From sequence record M38334.1: a stretch of DNA of 441 nucleotides. One strand, written 5' to 3'. The notes beneath the pieces are model-generated. The model saw nothing but the letters and a program-made list of their open reading frames with translations. It did no database searches and was not told the origin of the DNA. Source of the DNA: a phage. Shown here piece after piece: positions 1 to 441 of the stretch. A program made the position numbers and the translations under genes. Numbering within the stretch: the first letter of the stretch is position 1; every line of letters starts with the position of its first letter.

Positions 1-30
1 CTGTGAGTGCATGACTAGCGGATAACTCAA

Positions 31-48
31 GGGTATCGCAAGGTGCCC
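31..48 (+). promoter_or_regulatory. RNA stem-loop in the 5' leader (7-bp stem, GCAA tetraloop); likely the upper stem of the RNase III processing site upstream of gene 0.3 (R0.3)
   Basis: Seen in sequence: GGGUAUC (31..37) pairs with GGUGCCC (42..48) as G31-C48, G32-C47, G33-C46, U34-G45 (wobble), A35-U44, U36-G43 (wobble), C37-G42, enclosing the GNRA-type loop GCAA (38..41). A possible lower stem is GUGCA (7..11) with UGCAC (70..74). Established knowledge: T7 early mRNA is cut by host RNase III just upstream of gene 0.3; the exact cut position within this window is inferred, not verified. Confidence 0.4.
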
Positions 49-74
49 TTTATGATATTCACTAATAACTGCAC

Positions 75-79
75 GAGGT
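75..79 (+). promoter_or_regulatory. Shine-Dalgarno ribosome-binding site for ocr
   Basis: GAGGT at 75..79, complementary to the 16S rRNA 3' end, followed by an 8-nt A-rich spacer (AACACAAG, 80..87) before ATG 88. Spacing and sequence are typical of a strong E. coli translation initiation region. Confidence 0.8.
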
Positions 80-87
80 AACACAAG

Positions 88-441
88 ATGGCTATGTCTA
101 ACATGACTTACAACAACGTTTTCGACCACGCTTACGAAATGCTGAAAGAAAACATCCGTTATGATGACATCCGTGACACTGATGACCTGCACGATGCTAT
201 TCACATGGCTGCCAGTAATGCAGTTCCGCACTACTACGCTGACATCTTTAGCGTAATGGCAAGTGAGGGCATTGACCTTGAGTTCGAAGACTCTGGTCTG
301 ATGCCTGACACCAAGGACGTAATCCGCATCCTGCAAGCGCGTATCTATGAGCAATTAACGATTGACCTCTGGGAAGACGCAGAAGACTTGCTCAATGAAT
401 ACTTGGAGGAAGTCGAGGAGTACGAGGAGGATGAAGAGTAA
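88..441 (+). CDS. ocr: Ocr (gene 0.3 protein), DNA-mimic anti-restriction protein that inhibits type I restriction-modification enzymes; T7 or a very close T7-like phage
   Basis: Seen in sequence: complete ORF from ATG 88 to TAA 439..441, 117 codons, matching the supplied ORF track; Shine-Dalgarno 8 nt upstream. The protein has 33 acidic residues (16 D + 17 E) against 6 K/R and ends in the tail [11 protein letters not shown]. Established knowledge (recalled, not searched): the N-terminus [27 protein letters not shown], the acidic C-terminus and the 117-aa length match T7 Ocr; I cannot confirm from memory whether every residue is identical. Confidence 0.93.
   Translation: MAMSNMTYNNVFDHAYEMLKENIRYDDIRDTDDLHDAIHMAASNAVPHYYADIFSVMASEGIDLEFEDSGLMPDTKDVIRILQARIYEQLTIDLWEDAEDLLNEYLEEVEEYEEDEE

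Noticed and set aside
11-25. Mini-ORF ATG ACT AGC GGA TAA
   Set aside because: Four sense codons with no Shine-Dalgarno; this is chance.
51-56. TATGAT hexamer resembling a sigma70 -10 element
   Set aside because: No acceptable -35 hexamer at 16-18 bp spacing upstream (the region is GC-rich hairpin sequence). In T7 this gene is transcribed from upstream early promoters, so a promoter is not expected here.
22-70. Direct repeat ATAACT at 22..27 and 65..70
   Set aside because: A 6-nt repeat is expected by chance in a window of this size, and no extended repeat or inverted-repeat architecture surrounds it.
52-81. Short upstream ORF (ATG 52, nine sense codons, TAA 79..81) in the same frame as ocr and overlapping the Shine-Dalgarno
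   Set aside because: It has no ribosome-binding site of its own and lies inside the predicted structured leader. At 9 codons it is most likely a chance ORF rather than a leader peptide.
94-105. In-frame internal ATG codons (94..96, 103..105) as alternative start sites
   Set aside because: The GAGGT Shine-Dalgarno is optimally spaced for ATG 88, and the recalled T7 Ocr N-terminus begins MAMSNM, so the first ATG is the start.
1-441. Possibility that the window encodes a novel, undescribed defence or counter-defence system
   Set aside because: The only substantial ORF matches the long-characterised T7 Ocr protein by length, termini and composition. There is no second gene, no repeat array and no unexplained conserved structure.
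1-441. Coding potential on the minus strand
   Set aside because: The six-frame ORF track reports no minus-strand ORF, and the plus-strand CDS accounts for the sequence.

Overview
This 441-nt window is almost entirely one plus-strand gene: a 117-aa, extremely acidic protein (88..441, stop codon is the last three bases) that I recognise as the bacteriophage T7 gene 0.3 product Ocr (overcome classical restriction), a DNA-mimic anti-restriction protein, or a near-identical homologue from a T7-like phage. The 87 nt upstream are a non-coding leader carrying a well-placed Shine-Dalgarno (GAGGT, 75..79) and a GNRA-capped stem-loop (31..48) that fits the RNase III processing site known to precede gene 0.3 in T7 early mRNA. 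The minus strand has no meaningful ORF. I see no evidence of an undescribed system here: this is a well-characterised phage counter-defence gene, and the window is cut off at both ends so flanking context cannot be judged. The identification is from memory of the T7 sequence, not from a database search.
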